Source: an uncultured virus (IMG/VR IMGVR_UViG_3300032829_000001)
Taxonomy: Duplodnaviria; Heunggongvirae; Uroviricota; Caudoviricetes
DNA length: 26,478 nt
Virus record (IMG/VR): IMGVR_UViG_3300032829_000001
Direction: 5' to 3' (one strand)
Below are positions 8,453 to 14,878 of this stretch, one piece after another. How positions within the stretch are numbered: position 1 is the first letter of the stretch; each line of letters begins with the position of its first letter. Below the pieces are notes generated by a model. The model had not been told where the DNA came from and did no database searches. It was given only the letters and a program-made list of their open reading frames with translations. The translations under genes and the position numbers were made by a program.

Positions 8453-8792
8453 TTGCCGACCTCACGAGTAGAAGTGCAGCCCGCGCGTCATCACCCACGC
8501 CCGAGATCCAGTCGACGCCCTCTTTGTCCTGGCGGACGAAGAAACGGTGCGGATTCGTGCTCATCACCAGTGGTTTAGTCTGGAAGCGCCCATGGTCGAG
8601 GAACAGAACGCGACCGTCTGTGTCCGGCCAGGTGATGACGCCTTCGACGAAGCGCTCTCGCATGTTGAGGGCGTCCAGGAACGCCTCGCGCAGCGCTCGG
8701 CAGCTCGTCACCGACACGCGAATCGTGATCCGCTCACCGTTGCGGCGAAAGCCCGGCGTGTGCCGCTTGATGATCGGGTCGCTGTCCGCCAT
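8442..8792 (-). CDS. Array copy 6 (KEGVDWISG...LLVRSASAA)
   Basis: ATG 6 nt after a -10 element; variant motif. Confidence 0.8.
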   Translation of the reverse strand: MADSDPIIKRHTPGFRRNGERITIRVSVTSCRALREAFLDALNMRERFVEGVITWPDTDGRVLFLDHGRFQTKPLVMSTNPHRFFVRQDKEGVDWISGVGDDARAALLLVRSASAA

Positions 8793-8808
8793 GCCAGGAA
8801 CATAGCAC
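8792..8808 (-). promoter_or_regulatory. Internal promoter GTGCTATGTTCCTGGCA (extended -10 TG-C-TATGTT), copy 1
   Basis: Exact 17-bp repeat of 10268-10284; located at a junction that is not overlapped. Confidence 0.65.
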
Positions 8809-9077
8809 TAGGCCACCGACGCCACAAGAAGAAGCTGGGCACGTTGGGCCGGTCCCCAACCGCGCACCCAGGCCACGTGCTCGTCCCGCACCATCACGAA
8901 AACGCACGAACCTGGTGCATTCACGGAGAACCACGGCTCTCCGCCTGCTGTGCCTCCACCAGTCATTTCAATGGTGCCTTCGATCAGATTTCCAAGCGCG
9001 TACGGGAAGTTCCCACCGGGCCGAAACACGCGAGGGGTGATACGCACAGTGACGCGGTCGCCACGCCACAGGTTCAC
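8808..9077 (-). CDS. Array copy 7 (GDRVTV...DEHVAWVRG...LLVASVA)
   Basis: AGGAG-6-GTG, GTGA overlap; motif. Confidence 0.8.
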   Translation of the reverse strand: MNLWRGDRVTVRITPRVFRPGGNFPYALGNLIEGTIEMTGGGTAGGEPWFSVNAPGSCVFVMVRDEHVAWVRGWGPAQRAQLLLVASVA

Positions 9078-9310
9078 CCCGCGCTCCTGAGCAGCAGCAT
9101 CTTCGCCATCGCCGTGTCGTCCCCGCCCCGAGTCCAAGTCACGTCTTCATCGCGCTCGTTGATGAAGGTGTTGGGGTACATGGGTCCATCGGCGAACCGC
9201 ACCTGAGCCCAATCGCGTGCCGATGACACGTACAGTACCCTCGCGACCGCGCACGCAGCGCCGCCGGGAACGACCGCCGTCACCTCGTCGTCGAGCTGCA
9301 AATCGATCAC
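9074..9310 (-). CDS. Array copy 8 (DEDVTWTRG...LLLRSAG)
   Basis: GGAGG-7-GTG, GTGA overlap; motif. Confidence 0.8.
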   Translation of the reverse strand: MIDLQLDDEVTAVVPGGAACAVARVLYVSSARDWAQVRFADGPMYPNTFINERDEDVTWTRGGDDTAMAKMLLLRSAG

Positions 9311-9543
9311 GCCGATGCCTCCAGCAGGAGCTGCGCCGCGAACGCATCGGCCGCTTCGCCCTCCCAGCCGTACACCCACGTCGTGCCGTAGTCGGCGAGA
9401 CGCACGCAATCGAGCGCGCCGGTCGAGTACCACACGCGCCCGCTCGCCACGTGGAAGACTCGATCCCTCCGCGGGCGGCCGTTGCTGTCCTTCACCAGAA
9501 TCGGCGTGCCAGGCATCGCCGCGTAGCGGGGGCGGGTCGTCAC
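9307..9543 (-). CDS. Array copy 9 (DYGTTWVYG...LLEASA)
   Basis: GTGA overlap at 9540-9543; variant motif like copy 2. Confidence 0.8.
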   Translation of the reverse strand: MTTRPRYAAMPGTPILVKDSNGRPRRDRVFHVASGRVWYSTGALDCVRLADYGTTWVYGWEGEAADAFAAQLLLEASA

Positions 9544-9764
9544 GTCGCGCTCCGCACCAGCGCGTTCGCAGCCAACAGTGTGCTCCAGTCGCCGTGCCCG
9601 CGACACCACGTGATGCCCTCCTCGTCGAGTCTGACCCACTGATCGCGCTGGTTGCCGTACCAAATGCGATCGTGCTCGATCGTCACCACCCGCGTTCGCG
9701 CCACGACGCGACCAATCCTGTCGCGCACGATGACCATAATCTCGTCGCCAATCGCGATGGTCAC
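9540..9764 (-). CDS. Array copy 10 (IGDEIMV...EEGITWCRG...ALVRSAT)
   Basis: GTGA overlap; motif. Confidence 0.8.
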   Translation of the reverse strand: MTIAIGDEIMVIVRDRIGRVVARTRVVTIEHDRIWYGNQRDQWVRLDEEGITWCRGHGDWSTLLAANALVRSAT

Positions 9765-10012
9765 GTCGCACTCTGGACGAGTCGCCACGCCGCGACCAGC
9801 GCCTCGATCGATTCTTGGTCCCAACCGCGGCACCACGTCAGCCCCTCGTGTGGCAGCGCCACGACCTCGCCGTGCATGCCGGCGCCGTACCGAACGCTCT
9901 GGTGGTCGACAGCCAGCACACGCTCTTTGGTCACAGTGACGACACTCGCGTTGTGCATGGCGCTGGTGAAGTCGCTACGCAGGACGCTGATCTTGTCGCC
10001 CGGCTCAAGCAC
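9761..10012 (-). CDS. Array copy 11 (PGDKISV...HEGLTWCRG...RLVQSAT)
   Basis: ORF track; motif. Confidence 0.8.
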   Translation of the reverse strand: MLEPGDKISVLRSDFTSAMHNASVVTVTKERVLAVDHQSVRYGAGMHGEVVALPHEGLTWCRGWDQESIEALVAAWRLVQSAT

Positions 10013-10265
10013 CGCGGGCGCTCTCTTCCAGCAGCAACATCGCGATCAGATCGGACACGTCCACATGTCCGCGGCGCCAGCGAACGTTCTCCTCGTGAGG
10101 AAAGAGAATAGGTCGTGGGCGCGAGTTCAAGCCGTCGTCGATCATCCACACGTCAGTGCCGTCGCCGGCAGCGACGTTCGGCGAACGAATGCTGCGTCCT
10201 CGTTGGGACCTATAGCGCCCGTTCGCGTACAAGACGAAGGTGACCAGCTCGCCCTCTTTCAGCAC
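10005..10265 (-). CDS. Array copy 12 (EGELVTF...EENVRWRRG...LLEESARGA)
   Basis: ORF track; variant motif; follows the duplicated promoter. Confidence 0.8.
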   Translation of the reverse strand: MLKEGELVTFVLYANGRYRSQRGRSIRSPNVAAGDGTDVWMIDDGLNSRPRPILFPHEENVRWRRGHVDVSDLIAMLLLEESARGA

Positions 10266-10267
10266 AG

Positions 10268-10284
10268 TGCCAGGAACATAGCAC
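10268..10284 (-). promoter_or_regulatory. Internal promoter GTGCTATGTTCCTGGCA, copy 2
   Basis: Exact 17-bp repeat of 8792-8808, in an intergenic gap. Confidence 0.65.
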
Positions 10285-10318
10285 GGCTATGAACCGGAAG
10301 CGAGCCGCGCGGCCGCCT

Positions 10319-10549
10319 TCACGCCGACGACCTCGTGAGCAGTAGCGTCGCGCGGGCGTCGTCATCTGTGCCACGCGCCCAGCGGGTACCTTCGCCGCGC
10401 GCGTCGATGATGCGATGGGTGTTGCGCCGCGACGGGATGAAGACGACAGCGTCGCCCTCACCAAAAACCCGCATCACCTTCGCTGGCAGAAAGTCGCCGC
10501 GGTCCTCAAGCAGGATCATGTCGCCTATCGCCAGCGGGACGGGCTCCAT
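10319..10549 (-). CDS. Array copy 13 (IGDMILL...GEGTRWARG...LLTRSSA)
   Basis: TGATG overlap (alternative GTG start at 10552); motif. Confidence 0.8.
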   Translation of the reverse strand: MEPVPLAIGDMILLEDRGDFLPAKVMRVFGEGDAVVFIPSRRNTHRIIDARGEGTRWARGTDDDARATLLLTRSSA

Positions 10550-10830
10550 CACACTGCCGACCGCGTCAGGAGCAGCGCAGCGACAACGTCGTCCCCGTGT
10601 CCGCGCGCCCACCGAGTGCCCTCCCAGCTCTCGTGCGTGACGAAGCGCGTGCGGTTCAGCTCGGGCCCGCTTTCGAGAACGATGTCCCCGTCTGTGTAGG
10701 TGCGTATCACCCGCACAGAGGTCGGCTGCCAGTGCTCGCCGCGCAGAAAAGTCACCGTATCGCCCGATGCCAGGTTGCTGGCATTCGGCCCCACGGCACC
10801 GAACTTGCGCAGCGGAGCCCGTGCGCTCAC
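10549..10830 (-). CDS. Array copy 14 (SGDTVTF...WEGTRWARG...LLTRSAV)
   Basis: ORF track; GTGA overlap; motif. Confidence 0.8.
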   Translation of the reverse strand: MSARAPLRKFGAVGPNASNLASGDTVTFLRGEHWQPTSVRVIRTYTDGDIVLESGPELNRTRFVTHESWEGTRWARGHGDDVVAALLLTRSAV

Positions 10831-11102
10831 AGCAGCTCGCCCCCGCCGCCCTCGATGATCTCCGCCTCGACGCGCGCCAGCGCCGCCTGCAGCGCCGCGC
10901 GCATCCCGAGCGCGAACGGCATCGGGAGGGGCTCCCGCGTCACGGTCAGCTTCTTGGGGCCGCCGAACGTGTCGACGCGAAAGTTCACCTCATGCTGGGG
11001 GGCCGATTCGGCGTCGTATTCACCCCTGTCGGTCAGCCCGATGCGGTCCAGCTTTACGTCGTAGCCGCAAAGCGTGCAGTGGACGGTTTTTCGGGTCGCC
11101 AC
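10827..11102 (-). CDS. Hypothetical protein with CxxC (not an array member)
   Basis: ORF track; GTG 6 nt after a -10 element. Confidence 0.7.
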   Translation of the reverse strand: MATRKTVHCTLCGYDVKLDRIGLTDRGEYDAESAPQHEVNFRVDTFGGPKKLTVTREPLPMPFALGMRAALQAALARVEAEIIEGGGGELL

Positions 11103-11108
11103 AACCCT

Positions 11109-11118
11109 AGGGTAGCAC
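11109..11118 (-). promoter_or_regulatory. Extended -10 GTGC-TACCCT-6-GTG(11102), probably leaderless
   Basis: Same GTGCTA core and spacing as the other internal promoters. Confidence 0.5.
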
Positions 11119-11141
11119 GGAGGGCAGAAACGAGGCGCCCC

Positions 11142-11327
11142 CTACCGATGGCGCCGGGCCGGCGCTTTGGCCAGCTCCGCTACGCGCAGGCGGTACAGCG
11201 CCTCGCCCAGGTCGCACGTCTTGGCCGGCATGTCAGGGGTGCAACCACACGCCTGGCCGTGGTTCTGGGCGTGATCGATCAGCCAGCCGCGCGGGCCGAG
11301 CTTGGAGAGAACCTCGTCGCGGCTCAC
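11142..11327 (-). CDS. Small His/Cys protein (61 aa)
   Basis: GTGA overlap with the HTH gene; H..H..C.C..C pattern. Confidence 0.6.
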   Translation of the reverse strand: MSRDEVLSKLGPRGWLIDHAQNHGQACGCTPDMPAKTCDLGEALYRLRVAELAKAPARRHR

Positions 11328-11590
11328 GCGGCCGCGCGCTCCGCGGCCAGGCCGGTGGCGACGAGGCGGGCAACGCGCTCGAACCGGAACGGCGCCCGCG
11401 CGCGGCGGCTCGCATGCACGATCGCGAGGAGGCGATCGGCTGGCGGCGTCGCCCGCCCGGTCTCGTAGGCGTGGATCGAGTTCCAGGGGATGCCGACCAG
11501 TTCACCGAACTGGACCAGCGTCATGTCGAGCGACTCACGCACGCGCCGCAGCTCAGTGCCGAGAGCGTCGGCGGGAGCAGGGGTGGACAT
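11324..11590 (-). CDS. XRE/Cro-C1 family helix-turn-helix regulator (88 aa)
   Basis: LRRVRESLDMTLVQFGELVGIPWNSIHAYETGRATP matches the HTH_3 pattern; start set from the promoter position. Confidence 0.85.
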   Translation of the reverse strand: MSTPAPADALGTELRRVRESLDMTLVQFGELVGIPWNSIHAYETGRATPPADRLLAIVHASRRARAPFRFERVARLVATGLAAERAAA

Positions 11591-11596
11591 GCCGGA

Positions 11597-11625
11597 AGGG
11601 TAGTAAGGCTGATCGGCGCTGTCAA
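11597..11625 (-). promoter_or_regulatory. sigma70-like leaderless promoter TTGACA-17-TACCCT-6-ATG(11590)
   Basis: Perfect -35, 17-bp spacer, TANNNT -10. Confidence 0.75.
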
Positions 11626-11672
11626 GCTTTGAAGCTGGGCCAGAAAGCTGGCACACAGGCGAGATGCGCGTC

Positions 11673-11739
11673 AAAACAGCCCCGCGCCGCGATGGCACAA
11701 CCCCCAGAAAGCGAACCCATCCTCGGCGCGGGCGGGCTG
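11673..11739 (-). terminator. Imperfect GC-rich hairpin followed by TTTT; candidate terminator of array block B
   Basis: CAGCC/GGCTG, CCGCGCCG/CGGCGCGG and GATGG/CCATC pair; starts just after the stop at 11743. Confidence 0.5.
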
Positions 11740-11742
11740 AGA

Positions 11743-12036
11743 CTACAGGTGGTCGGCGGACGTCGCAAGGAGGTACGCAGCGAGCAGCACGTCGGCGTCC
11801 GCGCCGTCATGCCCCCGAACCCACGCGGTGCCTTCCGTGCTGGGACGCAGCAGAGCAAAGACCCGTGGGCGCTTGAACCACCCCTGTGAGAGCCCACGGC
11901 TTGCAAACCAGGCGAACCCGTCGCCGTGCTCGGCGCTCGTCTTCCTGTCGTACGCGGCCCAGCCCGCCACCACCTCGCGCAGGTCGCGATCGATCGCCAG
12001 CACGGGATCGTTCGGTTGGAAGCGCGGCCGCCCCAT
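11743..12036 (-). CDS. Array copy 15 (TEGTAWVRG...LLATSADHL)
   Basis: TGATG overlap; motif. Confidence 0.8.
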   Translation of the reverse strand: MGRPRFQPNDPVLAIDRDLREVVAGWAAYDRKTSAEHGDGFAWFASRGLSQGWFKRPRVFALLRPSTEGTAWVRGHDGADADVLLAAYLLATSADHL

Positions 12037-12290
12037 CACGCCGACCGGCGCAGCAGCCAGGCCGCTCGGAGCGCGCGCCGCGTCTCGCCGTCCCACCCGC
12101 GCGCCCAGCGGATACCCTCTTCGGCCGCGATCAGATAGTACGGAGCCGCGCTCTCTTCCGGGCAGGTCACAACACACAGCGGGCTGATTCCGTGGGCGTG
12201 CGCGTGCTGGCGGCAGCGGACGCTGTGCACACGGCCGGGGTGGCACGGCAGTAAGCAGACGAACGACACCCTCGCGCGGTCGCGCAGCAT
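12036..12290 (-). CDS. Array copy 16 (Cys/His-rich middle; EEGIRWARG...LLRRSA)
   Basis: TGATG overlap; motif. Confidence 0.8.
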   Translation of the reverse strand: MLRDRARVSFVCLLPCHPGRVHSVRCRQHAHAHGISPLCVVTCPEESAAPYYLIAAEEGIRWARGWDGETRRALRAAWLLRRSA

Positions 12291-12538
12291 CAGCGCCCCG
12301 ACTTCCACAGCAGGAACGCCGCCCGCAGTGCCGCGGCCGCCTCGCCGATCACGTGCCCACGGCACCACGTGATGCCTTCGTTGGAGGGCACGAGTGCGCG
12401 GGCATTGTGGCCACCGACTCGCCCGCAGAGCAGTCGCTGCTGCCCGCCCGCCACGATGGGGTCAGCGATCGCATGCCAGGGCTCGCCCGCTGTTCGGTCA
12501 ATGATGGTGACGGGATCGCCGAGCTGCACGGGTTTCAT
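12290..12538 (-). CDS. Array copy 17 (LGDPVTI...NEGITWCRG...LLWKSGR)
   Basis: ATGA overlap; motif. Confidence 0.8.
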   Translation of the reverse strand: MKPVQLGDPVTIIDRTAGEPWHAIADPIVAGGQQRLLCGRVGGHNARALVPSNEGITWCRGHVIGEAAAALRAAFLLWKSGR

Positions 12539-12786
12539 CGTGCTGACTTCCACAGCTTGAAGGCCGCGAGCAGTGACTGGCCGTCAGTCCAGCCGCGCTC
12601 CCAGATGACGCCCTCGCCACCGATCGGAACGAGGTTGCACACCCCGCCGCCCTTCTCTTCTGCGATCCAGCCGTGCCCGTCGTGGGTCACGTTCGCGTGT
12701 GCGACTGCGTATCGATGGTCGTAGAGCACAGGCTCTCCGACAGCTTGCACGGTGCACACGATGGTGACGGGATCGCCCTCTTTCAT
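12535..12786 (-). CDS. Array copy 18 (EGDPVTI...GEGVIWERG...KLWKSAR)
   Basis: GGGAG SD, ATGA overlap; motif. Confidence 0.85.
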   Translation of the reverse strand: MKEGDPVTIVCTVQAVGEPVLYDHRYAVAHANVTHDGHGWIAEEKGGGVCNLVPIGGEGVIWERGWTDGQSLLAAFKLWKSAR

Positions 12787-13025
12787 TGCGCGCTCCCGGT
12801 GAGCAGCAGCGCGGCCGCGATGTCGGCGCCATGGCCGCGAGCCCAGCGCGTACCTTCAGTCTCGGCCCAGAGCTGCCCGATGATCACGTTCGTTGTCTTG
12901 TCGATTGCGTTCCAGGTCGCTAGCGGATTGAGAAGAGGAGACAGATCCACGTGCAGGCTGAAGACGCCGAGAGTGTCCCGGAACGTGATCGGGTCACCAG
13001 GCTGCAGGCCGACCGGGTCACTCAC
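12783..13025 (-). CDS. Array copy 19 (PGDPITF...TEGTRWARG...LLTGSAQ)
   Basis: GGAG SD, GTGA overlap; motif. Confidence 0.8.
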   Translation of the reverse strand: MSDPVGLQPGDPITFRDTLGVFSLHVDLSPLLNPLATWNAIDKTTNVIIGQLWAETEGTRWARGHGADIAAALLLTGSAQ

Positions 13026-13264
13026 TGTGCGCTCCACTGAAGCAGGCACGCAGCGAGCAGATCCTTCCCGTCATGGTGCCCGCGCGACCAACCCGTGCCC
13101 TCTTCTTCGTCACGGAGGAACAGCTCCGAGACGACGCCTGGCGACGCGAACACGAACAGCCATCCCGCGGCCACACGTTTCGCTCTGTGCGTGAGGTGTC
13201 CGTGCACGACCTTCGGCCGGGTGCGCCCGTAGATAATCGTGGCCGGTTCGCCCTCGGCACTCAT
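13022..13264 (-). CDS. Array copy 20 (EGEPATI...EEGTGWSRG...LLQWSAQ)
   Basis: ATGA overlap; motif. Confidence 0.8.
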   Translation of the reverse strand: MSAEGEPATIIYGRTRPKVVHGHLTHRAKRVAAGWLFVFASPGVVSELFLRDEEEGTGWSRGHHDGKDLLAACLLQWSAQ

Positions 13265-13515
13265 TCGCGAGCGCTCCGCACGAGCAGCATCTGCGCTATT
13301 GTGGCGTCGTCGTGGCCGCGGGCCCACAGCGTTCCCTCGTCTTCTGGGTAGAGCCGCACGCCGGTGCCGACCGCTACGAAGTATCCCTCCTGCCGCCACG
13401 GATCGCCCGGGTACAAGCGTCGCCACTGCACGACGGTCCGGACGAGAATGTGCGCCCCTGACGGCGCCACACCGAGCGCGATGATCGGGTCGTTCGACTT
13501 CAGCGCCTTGCTCAC
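13261..13515 (-). CDS. Array copy 21 (DEGTLWARG...LLVRSARE)
   Basis: GTGA overlap; motif. Confidence 0.85.
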   Translation of the reverse strand: MSKALKSNDPIIALGVAPSGAHILVRTVVQWRRLYPGDPWRQEGYFVAVGTGVRLYPEDEGTLWARGHDDATIAQMLLVRSARE

Positions 13516-13742
13516 AACGCCGACCTCGCGAGCAGGAGCTGCGCCGCCACGTCATCACCGGTGCCGCGCGCCCAGGTCTTTCCTTCTTCCGCCCGCAGCA
13601 ACTTGATCGCCCATCCTCTCGGGTCATCAACGTACCGAATGATGTTCCACGGCGTCTTCTTCACGCGCCCAAACACCACGCGACCATCACTACCGATCGC
13701 CGTGACGCGCTCGCCGACGCGGGGCTCGCGGTTCGGTTTCAC
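13512..13742 (-). CDS. Array copy 22 (VGERVTA...EEGKTWARG...LLARSAL)
   Basis: GTGA overlap; motif. Confidence 0.85.
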   Translation of the reverse strand: MKPNREPRVGERVTAIGSDGRVVFGRVKKTPWNIIRYVDDPRGWAIKLLRAEEGKTWARGTGDDVAAQLLLARSAL

Positions 13743-13969
13743 GGCCTAGCCGATCTCACGAGCAGCAGCGCCGCGCTGACGTCGGGCCCGTGCCCGCGCA
13801 TCCAGGTCTTCCCTTCGTCGTTCAAGAAGACGCTCGTCCGCTCGCGGGCTCCGCCGCGCCACACGAACAGCGAAACGGTTGTCGTGTAGACATCGCGCAC
13901 GCGTGCACGTACTGGTCGGTTGCGATCGTCTCGCAGGATAGTCACGGTGTCGTTGATCCGAAGGCTCAC
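13739..13969 (-). CDS. Array copy 23 (INDTVTI...DEGKTWMRG...LLVRSARP)
   Basis: GTGA overlap; motif. Confidence 0.85.
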   Translation of the reverse strand: MSLRINDTVTILRDDRNRPVRARVRDVYTTTVSLFVWRGGARERTSVFLNDEGKTWMRGHGPDVSAALLLVRSARP

Positions 13970-14196
13970 GATTTCGCTGACTCCACGAGCAGCAGAACGG
14001 CCGCCACATCATCGTCGTGCCCGAGCGCCCAGCGCGTCCCCTCGTGCTGATCGGCGAGCACGCGTCCGCGGTTCTGCATGACCCAGTAGCCACGGATGTT
14101 CATCAGCTCGTGGCCCGTGTCCACCCAGCGGGCGAAGTCGCGCTCGATCTTTCCATCGACGAGCACGGAGATGGGCGCGCCGTGGCGGAGGGGCAT
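13966..14196 (-). CDS. Array copy 24 (HEGTRWALG...LLVESAKS)
   Basis: TGATG overlap; motif. Confidence 0.8.
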   Translation of the reverse strand: MPLRHGAPISVLVDGKIERDFARWVDTGHELMNIRGYWVMQNRGRVLADQHEGTRWALGHDDDVAAVLLLVESAKS

Positions 14197-14420
14197 CACG
14201 TCGCCGCCGACCCCACGAGCAGTAGAGCAGCTTCGATGTCCGCTCCGTGCCCGCGCATCCACGTTACGCCCTCGGCTTCGGGTCGAAGGGCCATCAACCA
14301 CGAGCCCTTCTCGAAGGCCCACGCTTTGGAGTCGTTTGGCACCCCGGCGATCGAGTAGCGGATCCGTGCGTGATGGATCTCGCCGAGGCGCAGCACCGTC
14401 ACTGGACCGCCGTCCTTCAC
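14196..14420 (-). CDS. Array copy 25 (AEGVTWMRG...LLVGSAAT)
   Basis: GTGA overlap; motif. Confidence 0.8.
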   Translation of the reverse strand: MKDGGPVTVLRLGEIHHARIRYSIAGVPNDSKAWAFEKGSWLMALRPEAEGVTWMRGHGADIEAALLLVGSAAT

Positions 14421-14662
14421 GTCGCCGCCGATCCGGTCAGCAGAAGCGCCGCCTCGACGTCGCGGCCGTGGCCCCGCGCCCACGACACGCCCTCATTGCT
14501 CGCGAAGATGAACCACTCGCGCTCGCCCGCCGCCAGCGCGCCGCTGAGCCGTACCGCAGCCATGGGGCCGAGTGCCACAGACGGGCGCGTCCGCTCGACC
14601 CGCCCCTGCTCGATCTGCCCCTGCCGCAGCACGGTCACAGGTTCCCCGATCGTCCAGCTCAT
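14417..14662 (-). CDS. Array copy 26, promoter-proximal (IGEPVTV...NEGVSWARG...LLTGSAAT)
   Basis: GAGGA SD 7 nt before ATG 14662; motif. Confidence 0.85.
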   Translation of the reverse strand: MSWTIGEPVTVLRQGQIEQGRVERTRPSVALGPMAAVRLSGALAAGEREWFIFASNEGVSWARGHGRDVEAALLLTGSAAT

Positions 14663-14686
14663 CGTGTCGTCCTCACGATGGGATCC

Positions 14687-14715
14687 AGCGTAGCCGCGGC
14701 ACGGCAGAAGGTCAA
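14687..14715 (-). promoter_or_regulatory. sigma70-like promoter for array block B: TTGACC-17-TACGCT
   Basis: Near-consensus hexamers, 17-bp spacer, upstream of the SD of copy 26. Confidence 0.7.
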
Positions 14716-14849
14716 CCATACTACGCGCGCGCACGATACTCGGTTCTTCTTCCTCATCTATATGGAGTTGGACAGCACTTGATGTATTACGCACATAGCT
14801 GGGGGAGAGGAATCGATTATCACGCGCGCGCGGGGTAGCTACATATAGA

Positions 14850-14878
14850 TTGAACACATAGGCGTATATGCGTATCTT
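14850..14878 (+). promoter_or_regulatory. sigma70-like leaderless promoter TTGAAC-17-TATCTT-7-ATG(14886)
   Basis: AT-rich divergent intergenic region; correct spacing. Confidence 0.65.

Larger units (their letters stand above)
6982..10830 (-). repeat. Tandem paralog array, block A: 14 genes with the EGxxWxRG...LxxS C-terminal module
   Basis: Motif visible in every translated unit. Confidence 0.9.
11743..14662 (-). repeat. Tandem paralog array, block B: 12 genes, all coupled by stop/start overlaps
   Basis: Motif in every unit; 11 overlapped junctions. Confidence 0.9.

Noticed and set aside
9315..10292. 325-aa plus-strand ORF and other plus-strand ORFs over the array
   Set aside because: Antisense to motif-bearing, coupled minus-strand genes; low-complexity Arg/Pro/Ser composition.
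6982..14662. CRISPR array or other non-coding DNA repeat array
   Set aside because: Units are about 225-410 bp, conservation is at the amino-acid level with synonymous variation, and no cas genes are present.
6982..14662. Classical integron cassette array
   Set aside because: Genes overlap, leaving no room for attC hairpins, and there is no tyrosine recombinase in the window.
6982..14662. Diversity-generating retroelement or shufflon
   Set aside because: No reverse transcriptase or invertase seen, no near-identical TR/VR pair, and all units share one orientation. Enzymes outside the window cannot be excluded.
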